Origin: an uncultured Pseudomonadales bacterium
GTDB taxonomy: Bacteria > Pseudomonadota > Gammaproteobacteria > Pseudomonadales > Azotimanducaceae
Assembly (NCBI GenBank): GCA_964638775.1
Contig: CAZWZH010000066.1
Coordinates: 334 to 64,333 of the forward strand
DNA: 64,000 nucleotides
Direction of reading: 5' to 3'
Within the stretch, counting starts at the first letter, position 1. The number at the start of each line of letters is the position of its first letter. The translations under genes and the position numbers were made by a program. The notes under the pieces are model-generated. The model saw only the letters and a list, made by a program, of their open reading frames with translations. It was not told where the DNA came from and did not search any database. Of the stretch, positions 55,679-64,000 are shown in pieces.

Positions 55679-57301
55679 CTAGTGCGGCGCGCTCGCCCGC
55701 GCAAAAGGCGTAATCAGGCGGTATTTCGAGCGCATTACCGAAGGCCACCGGTGTTCCGTGTCGCAGGGGATCCACCTCGTCTCGCCGCCATCGACCCCGG
55801 TAAGCGACACGCGCCCCTCTGCGGCACAGGCCTCCGCGCACGCCTCATAGCTTTGCCGGGCATCATCGAAGATCGGACGACCGGCGATGGTGTCCAGCTC
55901 GAACCCATCGAGATCTGGACAGGCGGGGGTGTCCAGCGTGACGGAAGCGTCATTGGTCCAGAACCCCCGTCGGCCCTCGCCGCATCCCTGGTTCAGCAGC
56001 GTCCAAACCAACCTGGACCGGATCAAGGCCGCACTCTCGGCAACGCCTTCCTCCACATCGATCGAGACGCCGGCGCCCTGGACGAAGTCGATGACGTCGT
56101 CCTCGCCGAGCGTCCGATTCAGAAAACGCGCGGCCACGGTGCCGCTTTCGGCAGGGTTCCGGGTGTCACTCTCTACCAGCATGGTCACACGACCGGTCTC
56201 CAGCCAGCGCAGCCAGTACGCCACCGAGCCGCAGGAGTACGGGGAAATCCTCCTCTCTCCGACTCGGAGGTCGTTCATGCAGGCATCGAAATCGCGCACA
56301 AACCCCTCTTCCGCAGCCGTGCCAAGCACAGTGCGGCCGTCGGGGCGGGCGGCGAGCAGTATCTCCAGGAACCGCGCTTGGCCCTCGTGCGCCCAAGGCT
56401 CCCACTGTTCTGGCTGATAGCAGTGCGCCAACTCGTGGACGAGAAGATCATGCGTTCGATTTAGCAGATCGGGTCGTTCGTCCTTCCAATCCTTGCCACG
56501 AAACCAGAGCCTCACCGCGCAGTGCCCGCCGGCCTTGTCGCCGCCGCTGTACGGCCGGCCGGCTTGCGCACCCTCGGTACGGTAGTCCACGAACAGCGGC
56601 GCGGGAATGAACTCCATGCCCAGCGTGTCAACCAGTCCCCGCTGCGCGCGCCGGTACGATTCCCGGATCTCCTCCTCCAGCCAGGTCGGCGTCGTCCGCG
56701 CAAACTGCATCGCAGTGTTCGGGTCAAGCGACCGGCCGACTAGGACGAATCCCGCCGTTTCCGCGAGACGATAGTCTCCCTTGACCCACCGAAAGGCTCC
56801 CTCGACGACGGTACCCACTCCAGGCCCACCCCGTACGAAGACCGAGACGTCGCCACAGACTTCCGGCAGCAGGTAGGGTAGGTACACGCCAATGCCGCGA
56901 CCCGCAATGGCGAAGGCGATGGGGTATTGCCGGTCTACTTTGTGCCCAGGCGGGTCTGGCGGCACGTTCAGTACCAGGGTGTTGGAAGGCTTCGACAGGA
57001 CGACGCTGCCGTCACTTCCAATCTCTGCCTCTGGGTCCCCGACCCGCAACCGGTCCAGAAGCGCTTCGTCCCTCGGCAGCCCCAATACAAGTGTCGATAG
57101 CTGTCGGCTAACCCGGTAGGTGACCCGCACCACGTCATTGGCGGGCGGAACCTCCAGCCAGACTTCGACGTTCGCCTGTACCTCCACGCATTCGCCTTCG
57201 CCAAGCGGTTCGTGCGCAAGCGCTTGAAGTCCCCAGGCACCGGTCGCGACCACCAGCCAAGGCCAGACAGCCGCTCGAATCCGGTGTGTTGTTTTCCGCA
57301 T
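55679..57301 (-). CDS. Secreted hypothetical protein with an HExxH zinc-peptidase motif
   Basis: 540 aa. Signal peptide MRKTTHRIRAAVWPWLVVATGAWGLQALA. The motif is LLVHELAHCYQPEQWEPWAHEGQARF. The C-terminal ~170 aa are Cys-containing. Confidence 0.6.
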   Translation of the reverse strand: MRKTTHRIRAAVWPWLVVATGAWGLQALAHEPLGEGECVEVQANVEVWLEVPPANDVVRVTYRVSRQLSTLVLGLPRDEALLDRLRVGDPEAEIGSDGSVVLSKPSNTLVLNVPPDPPGHKVDRQYPIAFAIAGRGIGVYLPYLLPEVCGDVSVFVRGGPGVGTVVEGAFRWVKGDYRLAETAGFVLVGRSLDPNTAMQFARTTPTWLEEEIRESYRRAQRGLVDTLGMEFIPAPLFVDYRTEGAQAGRPYSGGDKAGGHCAVRLWFRGKDWKDERPDLLNRTHDLLVHELAHCYQPEQWEPWAHEGQARFLEILLAARPDGRTVLGTAAEEGFVRDFDACMNDLRVGERRISPYSCGSVAYWLRWLETGRVTMLVESDTRNPAESGTVAARFLNRTLGEDDVIDFVQGAGVSIDVEEGVAESAALIRSRLVWTLLNQGCGEGRRGFWTNDASVTLDTPACPDLDGFELDTIAGRPIFDDARQSYEACAEACAAEGRVSLTGVDGGETRWIPCDTEHRWPSVMRSKYRLITPFARASAPH

Positions 57302-57878
57302 CTCTCGCCCGCCGCCACTCCCCCAGGAACTTCGTTCGCAGGGCCGATTGTCCCGCCGGTGAATCGCGGCGATCCCGGGCTAAGCTGACCGTTGTTCCAC
57401 CGACGGAACCGGATGCCGGGCAGACATTTCACCGGCCATCAGACGCGGCTCTATCTGCATGTTCGAAGATCGCTCATCCCAACCCGCAGGTACTGTCGAA
57501 CGCATTGTCGGAATGCTGCGCTTGGTCACCAAGCGAGTCAATGACGCCTACGGGACAAGGAACGCCCAAGCAACTGCGGAGCTGGGGAAGGACACATCGG
57601 CGTCGAGCTTGCCGGCGAATTCGCAGGCGAAATAACCGTCTTCATCGGAGAAGTCTGGGATGATTGCGTCGTTCTTGCGTCTTGCGTTCCACTCTTCTGC
57701 TCCATCGAAGAGCTACTTAACATGTTGTTGGTTGCCCATGCGGTGTCCTTACCGAATCACTATCACTCAACCGGAGTCTACCCGCTTCGTTGTTCTCCCT
57801 ACCCGCTGCCGCCATGCCCGCCTCTGCGTCGATGAATCAGCATGAGAAAGCACCGCTACGCGGCGGTGCCTGTGTGCC

Positions 57879-58625
57879 TCACCGGTTGGTTCGGTGGCGA
57901 TCCTCCCGGATGTCGGGGCGCACCGGGTATGCAGGCGCACCCCATTCTTTGCCCGGGTTATCCACCATGATGTCCAGAAACAGGTGCACCAAAGGCCCGA
58001 GAACCGCTGCGCCCGCATCGACCTGTCGGCGATTCAGGGTTCCGTGTTGGGTGGCGCATCCGTGCATGAGTTGGTTTCGCAGCACATTCAGACGATCGAA
58101 CAGTTTGTGCAGGATTCCTGCAACGTCTGTCGGTACTAGCGCATTGGGGCGAAGCTGCGCTTGCAGTGATCCTGCTGGAGGCCGATACGCCAACCGTTCT
58201 GTCACGAACGCGCTGTCCCGCTCGAACCATGTCCGGTTCGGCCACTCCTGCCAGTTGAAATCCCGTTCCGTCAGACTGTCCCAGAATCCACGATACAGAT
58301 ACACGTTTTCCATGATGCTCTTAACCGGTGCGCGCAACTGCTTCGCAAGGAGCCCGTAGATGCGGTTATTCTTGTCGAGCGGAACCAGCAAGTTCAAGTA
58401 GCTCTCGCGGCGCTGTGCGTCCGAACTGACGTTGCGCTCCACCGCATAGGCGGCGTTGAAGGCTATCCACAGGAAGATGTATTTCGCGTCGGTGTCACGT
58501 TCTCCATTACCGCGTCGTAACCAGCTCACGGCGCGGTGCAGACGGAGCTTGAGACGGGAATCGTCGTCCCACGCGTCTATCCTGGCCTTCAGGTACTCGA
58601 TCTTGGGAGACAGTTCGTCCGGCAC
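57879..58625 (-). CDS. HEPN-domain protein (RxxxxH)
   Basis: DAKYIFLWIAFNAAYA ... LFDRLNVLRNQLMHGCATQHG contains R-N-x-x-x-H. The ORF is open to 58838, but its N-terminal 70 codons are Arg/Pro-rich and look non-coding. There is a GTG at 58625. Confidence 0.55.
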   Translation of the reverse strand: MPDELSPKIEYLKARIDAWDDDSRLKLRLHRAVSWLRRGNGERDTDAKYIFLWIAFNAAYAVERNVSSDAQRRESYLNLLVPLDKNNRIYGLLAKQLRAPVKSIMENVYLYRGFWDSLTERDFNWQEWPNRTWFERDSAFVTERLAYRPPAGSLQAQLRPNALVPTDVAGILHKLFDRLNVLRNQLMHGCATQHGTLNRRQVDAGAAVLGPLVHLFLDIMVDNPGKEWGAPAYPVRPDIREDRHRTNR

Positions 58626-59420
58626 GACACTTCCCCTTCGTTGCCGCGATCTCGGAATCGTGTCGAATCGTCGAGCTTCGGTCAATCGCGGTGGCGCCGG
58701 TCCGGGCGGCGGATATCGCCGCCACGGCGCGACCCTTCCGTCGAACCACCGCAAGCGCGAGTCGCGAATTCTCCCGATTCTTCCCAACCGATGTACCCAT
58801 TGAGGCACCCAGTCGCCGTGCAGATCTGACCGAGTCACGGGATGCGCCGATCACTCCTCGCGACTTTTTGCCGAAGCTCGCGCCGGGAATCTGGCAAACG
58901 GTATCGGTTGTGTCCAATCGCTTGGTAGTCGGTCGTAGGGAGGATTTAGCGTCGCCTTCGGCCGGGCCCTATCCGCCTTCGGCGGACCGAGCCCCGCGGG
59001 GCGGGTCTCGTCCCACACGGGGTAACGGTCCCTGACGCCTGGCGCGCTGCGCTTGCCGATGCCTCGTCACCGGCGGAAAACTCTCGGCAATGCTGGGAGC
59101 CCACTCGCCACCGGTGCTCGGGCCTTCCGCAGATTCGCTTTGTCTGCATGCGGCTCGACATCTGGAACTGCCTGCATCCAGTAATCCACTGCACCCCCTA
59201 TGTCGCTACGCGCGATGGTCTTTCCCTGGGTCGCGGTTCACCACCCCATCCCCAGCATCCCGTCCGTCGTTACCGCCCAGCGTGTCACACGCGCTTGCGC
59301 GGTCAACCAGGGGCCGGTCCTGCGCTGGCGCTCCGGCCTCGCTAACGCGAGGTGACCGCCCGGCGCGCGCGTGCCGCCGTTCAGGCACCGACGCACTCCG
59401 CGTCGCGACAGGAGACCACC

Positions 59421-59960
59421 ATGAACCTCGATCACATGCTCGCCCAGTTGCGCGGCACCCTTCCATCCGCTGTCCTTGAGCCCGACAGCCTCCCCCGTGA
59501 TTGGCCGACCTGTGTCCAAAGGGGTTGTCGCAAACCAGCGGCCCGCAAGAAGAACGGGGAGCCGGCCAAGTCGTGCCAGGCGTGTCTGGATCGACGGGCC
59601 GCCAGTTGTCGCAGAAGGCGTACTCATTTTGTCGCCCACGGCGGCTGCAGGCGATGCGCGTATCGTCCGAGACTGGCGGGCGACTTCCTCTGTGCGCGAT
59701 GCCGGGAAGACCGGGACATCGAGCGCGCGCAAAAGCGGCAGGACGCCATCGACGCGGCGGCCATCGACGAGTTCGCGGCCAAACCCGAGAAGGCGCACCG
59801 TGCCAGCAACCTCGATCTGGGCATATCGCCGTGGAATGCGCGACCCCCGGCACAACCCTCCGCAGCCTACTGGTCGCCATTGCCAGACCCCGAACCGCGC
59901 GAAGAGCGCGGATGGGCGCGCCCGCTCTTCGAAGACGACTGGCATTTCCACCGCTGCTAG
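59421..59960 (+). CDS. Cys-rich (multi CxxC) hypothetical protein
   Basis: AGGAG lies 7 nt upstream of the ATG. CVQRGC...CQAC...CRRC...CARC suggest zinc ribbons. Confidence 0.4.
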   Translation: MNLDHMLAQLRGTLPSAVLEPDSLPRDWPTCVQRGCRKPAARKKNGEPAKSCQACLDRRAASCRRRRTHFVAHGGCRRCAYRPRLAGDFLCARCREDRDIERAQKRQDAIDAAAIDEFAAKPEKAHRASNLDLGISPWNARPPAQPSAAYWSPLPDPEPREERGWARPLFEDDWHFHRC

Positions 59961-60668
59961 CGGTACCTTCGCGGTCGAGGCGCGCAATTTGCGGATTGCG
60001 CGTCTCGGCCTCGCCAGCCGTCCTGAAGAAGCCCTTGGCGGGGAATCGCTCAATTGACTCGCTGGTCATCGGCCACGTCACAGCAACGCAGTCGCGCCCT
60101 CCGTGCGTTTCGATCCACCCGGCGCCCAGACCCTCGGGCAACACCTAAGACTCCCTCAGGGTATTGGAGAACATGTCCTCTGTGGAAATCCGGCCGGTAT
60201 TGCACACGGGTCTGGCCGTCTGTCCACAGCGCACAATCACGCGCCGGGCAAAGCTCGATGTGCACGGTTGGCGAAGCGGGCTAACCTGGGTCGCCAATAC
60301 CGCCAATACGCTTGGCGTCGATTGCGGCCCCGAGACTCTGCTTCATCGTGTCACGTCCGTCGTGGAGTCAGTCAACTGACTCCCACAACTGCGCGTTGCA
60401 GGCTGTCCCGGTGACGGTCGTCACCTCCGTGCAGCGGACCCATCAGAGGTCGCGACACACTGTCCCGCCGCCAAGCGGGCTGGTGTCCGTGATGGTGGCC
60501 ATCGCGTTGTCCAATACGCGGGCGGCGATCCTGAGTGCAGGTGCACCCCGAACTCCATCCCCACCGTGCGGTGAGCGCAAAAAGTGACTTACATGCCGCA
60601 GCCCTTGTGGGCTGCGGCACCGTCCGAGCCCCCGCGAAACGCGGTTCGACCGTCCTGAATTCGGGGGA

Positions 60669-60953
60669 TTGCGTAGCAGCCAGCCGGTTGTTCATCATGC
60701 CCCGATGCACCCGGAAACCACCCCCAACCCAACCTTCGACGCGGCTGCCGAAGCCGCCCTCCTGAAGGCTCAGACCCATGCCCGCCGCCGACCCCGATAC
60801 CGCCGCTCTCGCCTCGACCGGTACAAGCGCGAACTGCTCGCACTGCGCGGGGAGGGGTGTACCACTGCGGAACTGCAACGCTGGCTGCTTGCGCACCGCA
60901 TCCGGGTCCAGCACGCTACCGTCGCCCGCTGGCTTCGGCGACACACGGGTTGA
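60669..60953 (+). CDS. Small HTH protein preceding the recombinase
   Basis: ...SRLDRYKRELLALRGEGCTTAELQRWLLAHRIRVQHATVARWLRRH is an HTH-like segment. The start may be at 60705. Confidence 0.4.
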   Translation: MRSSQPVVHHAPMHPETTPNPTFDAAAEAALLKAQTHARRRPRYRRSRLDRYKRELLALRGEGCTTAELQRWLLAHRIRVQHATVARWLRRHTG

Positions 60954-60957
60954 CGGG

Positions 60958-61866
60958 GTGCCGAAGTTCCGTTCCAATCGGTCGCCGGAACGGCAGGCAG
61001 AGGCCGTCGTGGGACGCCTCGTCAACCTCGGCGCGTTGCGCCGCAATCCAAACCGGCCAGCCTCGGTGCGCACCGTCGCCAACTACCGGGACTGCCTGCT
61101 CCAGATCGCCCGGCGCATCGCCCCGGACGGGCGCGAACTGCGGGACCTCACGCCCGAGTCCGCGGTCGAATACCTCCGAACCCGCACCGCCGATCTCGGC
61201 CAGAAGGCGCTCGACATGCACCGCCAGTCGCTCCAAGCGATGCTCGTCTATGTCTCCCGGCGGCTCCCCAAGGGTGAACGCCTGACGGTGGTCCGTTCGC
61301 TGAAACCCCGCCGCCGGGGAGGGCGGGCGTACCTGCCGGAACAGATCGGCATGGTGGCCGCCGCCCAGAACGCGCGCAACGGGCTCTCGACGCTCATCGC
61401 CCACGCCGCCGGACTGCGGGCGCACGAACTCTTCACGCTCGCCCGCCCCGGCGAACAGCCGCCCGACCGCCGCCCCGCGCGCCCGGAGAAATTCGCCGGC
61501 AGGCCGGGGCGGGACTACACGGTGATCGGCAAGGGCGGCCTCGTCCGGCTGGTTCGGCTCCCGGACCACCTGGCGGATCGTCTCGAGGAACGCCGCCGCG
61601 AGCAACCGGTGCGCGTTACCGACCGCGGCATCCACTACCTGTCCCGCTACGATGTCGCTGGTGGCACCCCGTGGAGCGTCAGTTTTTCCGGCGCCTCGAA
61701 GCGGGCCCTGGGCTGGACCGCCGGCGCCCATGGCGCTCGTCATTCGTATGCTCAACAGCGCATGGACGAGCTTCAGCGCATCCTGGTTCGCGCCGACGCA
61801 TTGGAGACCGTCAGTCAGGAGCTTGGGCATTTTCGCCCCGAGATCTCGGAGACCTACTTGCGGTGA
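60958..61866 (+). CDS. Tyrosine recombinase / phage-type integrase
   Basis: GLRAHELFTL (box I Arg), GAHGARHSYAQ (H-x-x-R) and LGHFRPEISETYLR (His ... catalytic Tyr). The ORF is open from 60778; a GTG at 60958 follows the upstream stop. Confidence 0.8.
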   Translation: MPKFRSNRSPERQAEAVVGRLVNLGALRRNPNRPASVRTVANYRDCLLQIARRIAPDGRELRDLTPESAVEYLRTRTADLGQKALDMHRQSLQAMLVYVSRRLPKGERLTVVRSLKPRRRGGRAYLPEQIGMVAAAQNARNGLSTLIAHAAGLRAHELFTLARPGEQPPDRRPARPEKFAGRPGRDYTVIGKGGLVRLVRLPDHLADRLEERRREQPVRVTDRGIHYLSRYDVAGGTPWSVSFSGASKRALGWTAGAHGARHSYAQQRMDELQRILVRADALETVSQELGHFRPEISETYLR

Positions 61867-62360
61867 CCCCGCTCACGGTTTACCTCAGCCAGACCCAGAT
61901 CGATACCCTTGACTCGATCATGAACGGCCGACGCGGCTACCTAGCGGACGACCGAAGCCGCGGCGACGCCATCGGCGAGATCCTGCTCAAGTACGACAAT
62001 CTGCTTGGCGAGCGCGAGGACCGCAAGGCCGAAGCCACGGGGGCGCAGCAGGCGCTCCGCAAACGGCTCGATGCCATGTCCCGCGAGCGCGACGCCGTCC
62101 GCAAGGCGCTCAACGCCGAGCGCGCTACCCGCCGCCGCGATCGCGAACGCCACGCCCGACACCGCGAACGCCTGCGCGGCGCCCGCAACGCCCTCCGGCG
62201 CCTGGGCGAGTCCCGCGCCACCTACCGCGATCTGGCGCTGCGTGCCGAGGCCGCGCTGTTGCGCACCGTGCCGCGCCGTGACCTCGGCGACCTCGAAGGT
62301 CGCCTCGCGCGCGCCTTGCGCGCCGCCGGCTTCGAGATGCCCAAGGCACCCGAGGACTAG
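61863..62360 (+). CDS. Hypothetical protein: possible ribbon-helix-helix N terminus + Arg-rich coiled coil
   Basis: The GTG overlaps the integrase TGA (GTGA). VTPLTVYLSQTQIDTLDSIM... has an RHH-like strand-helix pattern. It is followed by a charged heptad-like region. Confidence 0.35.
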   Translation: MTPLTVYLSQTQIDTLDSIMNGRRGYLADDRSRGDAIGEILLKYDNLLGEREDRKAEATGAQQALRKRLDAMSRERDAVRKALNAERATRRRDRERHARHRERLRGARNALRRLGESRATYRDLALRAEAALLRTVPRRDLGDLEGRLARALRAAGFEMPKAPED

Positions 62361-63187
62361 CCGCGCACCGGCCGGAAAATCCGCGATCGCCGTCGACGCA
62401 GTCCGGCGCCGCCCCAACGCAGCTTGCGCAACATTCCCGAATGTCGCCAGATGCCGCATCGAAGCCGCGTGCAGGCCGCTGCTCGCCCGGACGCTGGCAA
62501 AGGGTCCTGGCGGACCGCTGTTCCCAGCGTCCGGGCTCGCCTTGCCGCTTTTCGCTCACAGTTGGCCGCTAACATCCACCACGCACATTGGCAGACGCAA
62601 AATTGGCTGGTCTTGAACCGCATTCCAGCGCCGTTTACAGTCCGCTCCGACTATTGCCCTTTGGGCGTCAGACGCCGGGATCTGTAACCCGGACATGGCT
62701 TCCCCACCATGTAAATCATCGGAAATTGCCGTCAGTGTGCGGCTCCAGCACGACCTCTGCTGAACCAACGGGTAGCGGCCGCCAGAGGCGGCAGGCTCAG
62801 CAAGCAACCCAGCTGACACAACGGGAGACGCCATTGGCGTTGCAGAGGTTCCACTGACCAAAGGAACACCGCGAGAGCAGTGCCGGCGGGCCTGACAACA
62901 GGCGAACTGGGTGCGAACAGGGCAAGCGGCGTCCGATACCGCAAGTCCGCTCAGCACCGACCGATCGCAAGCATCGGTCGAATGCGAGTCACTTTCTTAC
63001 GTACAGTCCGACCGCTTGCCTCCCGCCAAACGGCCACCCTTCGCTGCCGTCCGTGCGCATCCGGGTTTTGTTTGCCACATTGACCGGTCAGAAGACTGGA
63101 CTTTTTTCCCGGATTAGTTCACCTCCGAACGTACGGTCCTGGCGGAACAAGGCGAGAAATCCCGGATTGATTCACCACGGGTGACGC

Positions 63188-63355
63188 CTACTCGTCCGCT
63201 TGTCGGAAAATCAACTTGTCTACTTGTTGAGAAGTCCACTTGTCCACTTCTCGTGAAATCCGCGTGTCCATCAGTAGGAAAGCCGACTCGTCCGTATTTC
63301 CACAAGTCCAAAAGCCGGCAAGTCCACTGGAAGGAAAGTCGACTTGCACACTTGC
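63188..63355. repeat. Iteron/operator-like array: ~8 degenerate copies of a 17-25-bp unit (consensus about GAAAGTCCACTTGTCCA)
   Basis: ctcgtccgcttgtcgg / aaatcaacttgtcta / gaagtccacttgtccac / gaaatccgcgtgtccat / gaaagccgactcgtccgt / caagtccaaaag / caagtccactgg / gaaagtcgacttgcaca. Confidence 0.7.
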
Positions 63356-63590
63356 AGGGAACCCCACATCAGCGCTCACCAAGTCCGTTGACTTGCGCCG
63401 CGCGATCCTCGGCCAAGCGGGCTGGGGTTTCGCCGGCAAGCGCTCCCAACTTGGGATGTTCTGCGACAACCTCGGTAGTGACGGGCGTCGCTAAAACTCG
63501 TATCTCAACGCCGCAATCCCCCAGTCGACGTGAATGGCCAATTTCGTCGGCCTGATCGCCGAGACTCCCAGGCTCACCTATACCTCCCAG

Positions 63591-63881
63591 TCAGACCCTC
63601 CGACCCCACAACACAACGGTGCCACGGATATCCGTTTCGTTATCATGAGTCACCACGCGATCCGGGATTTCGGCACGCATCGCGCGAAGCAGCCGCTTGC
63701 CGTCCTCGACTACATAAAGCCGCACCACCGTTTCGCGACTCTCGGGTTCGTACACGCCGACGAACCGCCCGTGTACGGCTGGCTCGTCGGGGTCCAGGTA
63801 AGCGAAATCGCCGTCAGAGAAGTTGGGTGCCATGTCGTCGCCCGCGACCCGCACCGTAAAGGTGTCACGGCCGTAGTACAC
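63591..63881 (-). CDS. Stand-alone S24 (LexA/UmuD/CI C-terminal)-like domain, catalytic residues substituted
   Basis: VRVAGDDMAPNFSDGDFAYLD aligns with LexA VSGMSMKDIGIMDGDLLAV (Ser to Asp). GRFVGVYEPESRETVVRLY aligns with GQVVVARIDDEVTVKRL (Lys to Val). GTG start, with no HTH domain in the same frame. Confidence 0.6.
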   Translation of the reverse strand: MYYGRDTFTVRVAGDDMAPNFSDGDFAYLDPDEPAVHGRFVGVYEPESRETVVRLYVVEDGKRLLRAMRAEIPDRVVTHDNETDIRGTVVLWGRRV

Positions 63882-64000
63882 CGCGTCTTTGCTGCGGCCA
63901 GATGGTCGCGTAATCTTTGATTGAGCCTAAAGCCCCTTCTCGTTGCGACGCACGAGCGGTTACGGATCCAATCCGTTGCATGGCCGCTGCAACAGCAATA

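Noticed and set aside
57545-57740. Small minus-strand ORF MGNQQHVK-TAG-LFDGAEEWNARRKNDAIIPDFSDEDGYFACEFAGKLDADVSFPSSAVAWAFLVP. It resembles the N terminus of pentapeptide-repeat proteins and is interrupted by an in-frame amber codon.
   Set aside because: It is too short and too degenerate to call. There is no downstream repeat domain, so it is probably a gene fragment. Stop-codon read-through is not supported by anything else in the window.
63188-63355. Possible CRISPR array (also considered for 52221-52440 and 26877-26918)
   Set aside because: The repeats are short, degenerate, directly abutting or irregularly spaced. There are no uniform unique spacers, and no cas genes lie in the window.
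55262-64000. attR direct repeat of the tRNA-Ser 3' end that would delimit the island
   Set aside because: I could not find a copy of ...GGTTCGAATCCCACCCTCTCCGCCA or a substantial sub-string by eye within the window. It may lie beyond 64000 or be absent.

Overview
High-GC, proteobacteria-like chromosomal window. Conserved metabolic and transport blocks alternate with at least three accessory islands.

(1) Positions 1-7.8 kb form a defence island bounded by a decayed IS21 copy. It holds a four-gene ubiquitin-like conjugation operon in Bil order (Ubl-E2-JAB-E1) and a divergently transcribed sigma-like / unknown / ImmA-IrrE protease cassette. It also holds an IS91-like transposase scrap and a convergent type II restriction-modification pair.

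(2) Positions 7.8-21 kb hold a ~3,630-aa multidomain surface protein: S8 peptidase, cadherin-like, cadherin/FN3 x3, SRCR and LRR domains. It is bracketed by two copies of a ~270-bp LysR-leader segment and followed by a LysR N-terminal fragment and an intact LysR gene.

(3) Positions 22-32 kb hold housekeeping-type genes: SnoaL/TetR, a His-rich ORF plus a czcCBA-type RND efflux operon, a CoA-transferase and a nitroreductase.

(4) Positions 32-38.2 kb form an island of unannotatable genes. These include a DUF5677-like protein, a small ORF + membrane protein + unknown trio, a split pair with a half cyclase-like motif set, a stem-closed structured intergenic element and a vapBC-like pair.

(5) Positions 38.3-49 kb hold a MaoC pair and a cobalamin salvage/uptake cluster (cobU, btuDCF, btuB, cobO-C-S-T). 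The cluster has a clear cobalamin riboswitch carrying a ~166-nt inverted-repeat-flanked insertion, plus long perfect hairpin repeats.

(6) Positions 49-55 kb hold an MFS transporter, a carboxylesterase, a CoA-transferase, a GPH symporter and tRNA-Ser(CGA).

(7) Positions 55.3-64 kb form a tRNA-adjacent island. It holds a secreted HExxH protein, a HEPN protein, a tyrosine recombinase module, an iteron-like array and an S24-like domain with both catalytic residues replaced.

The best candidate for a novel system is the Bil-type operon together with its sigma/ImmA-type neighbour cassette. The 33-36.5 kb unknown cluster is second. All function calls rest on motif recognition by eye; no searches were run.
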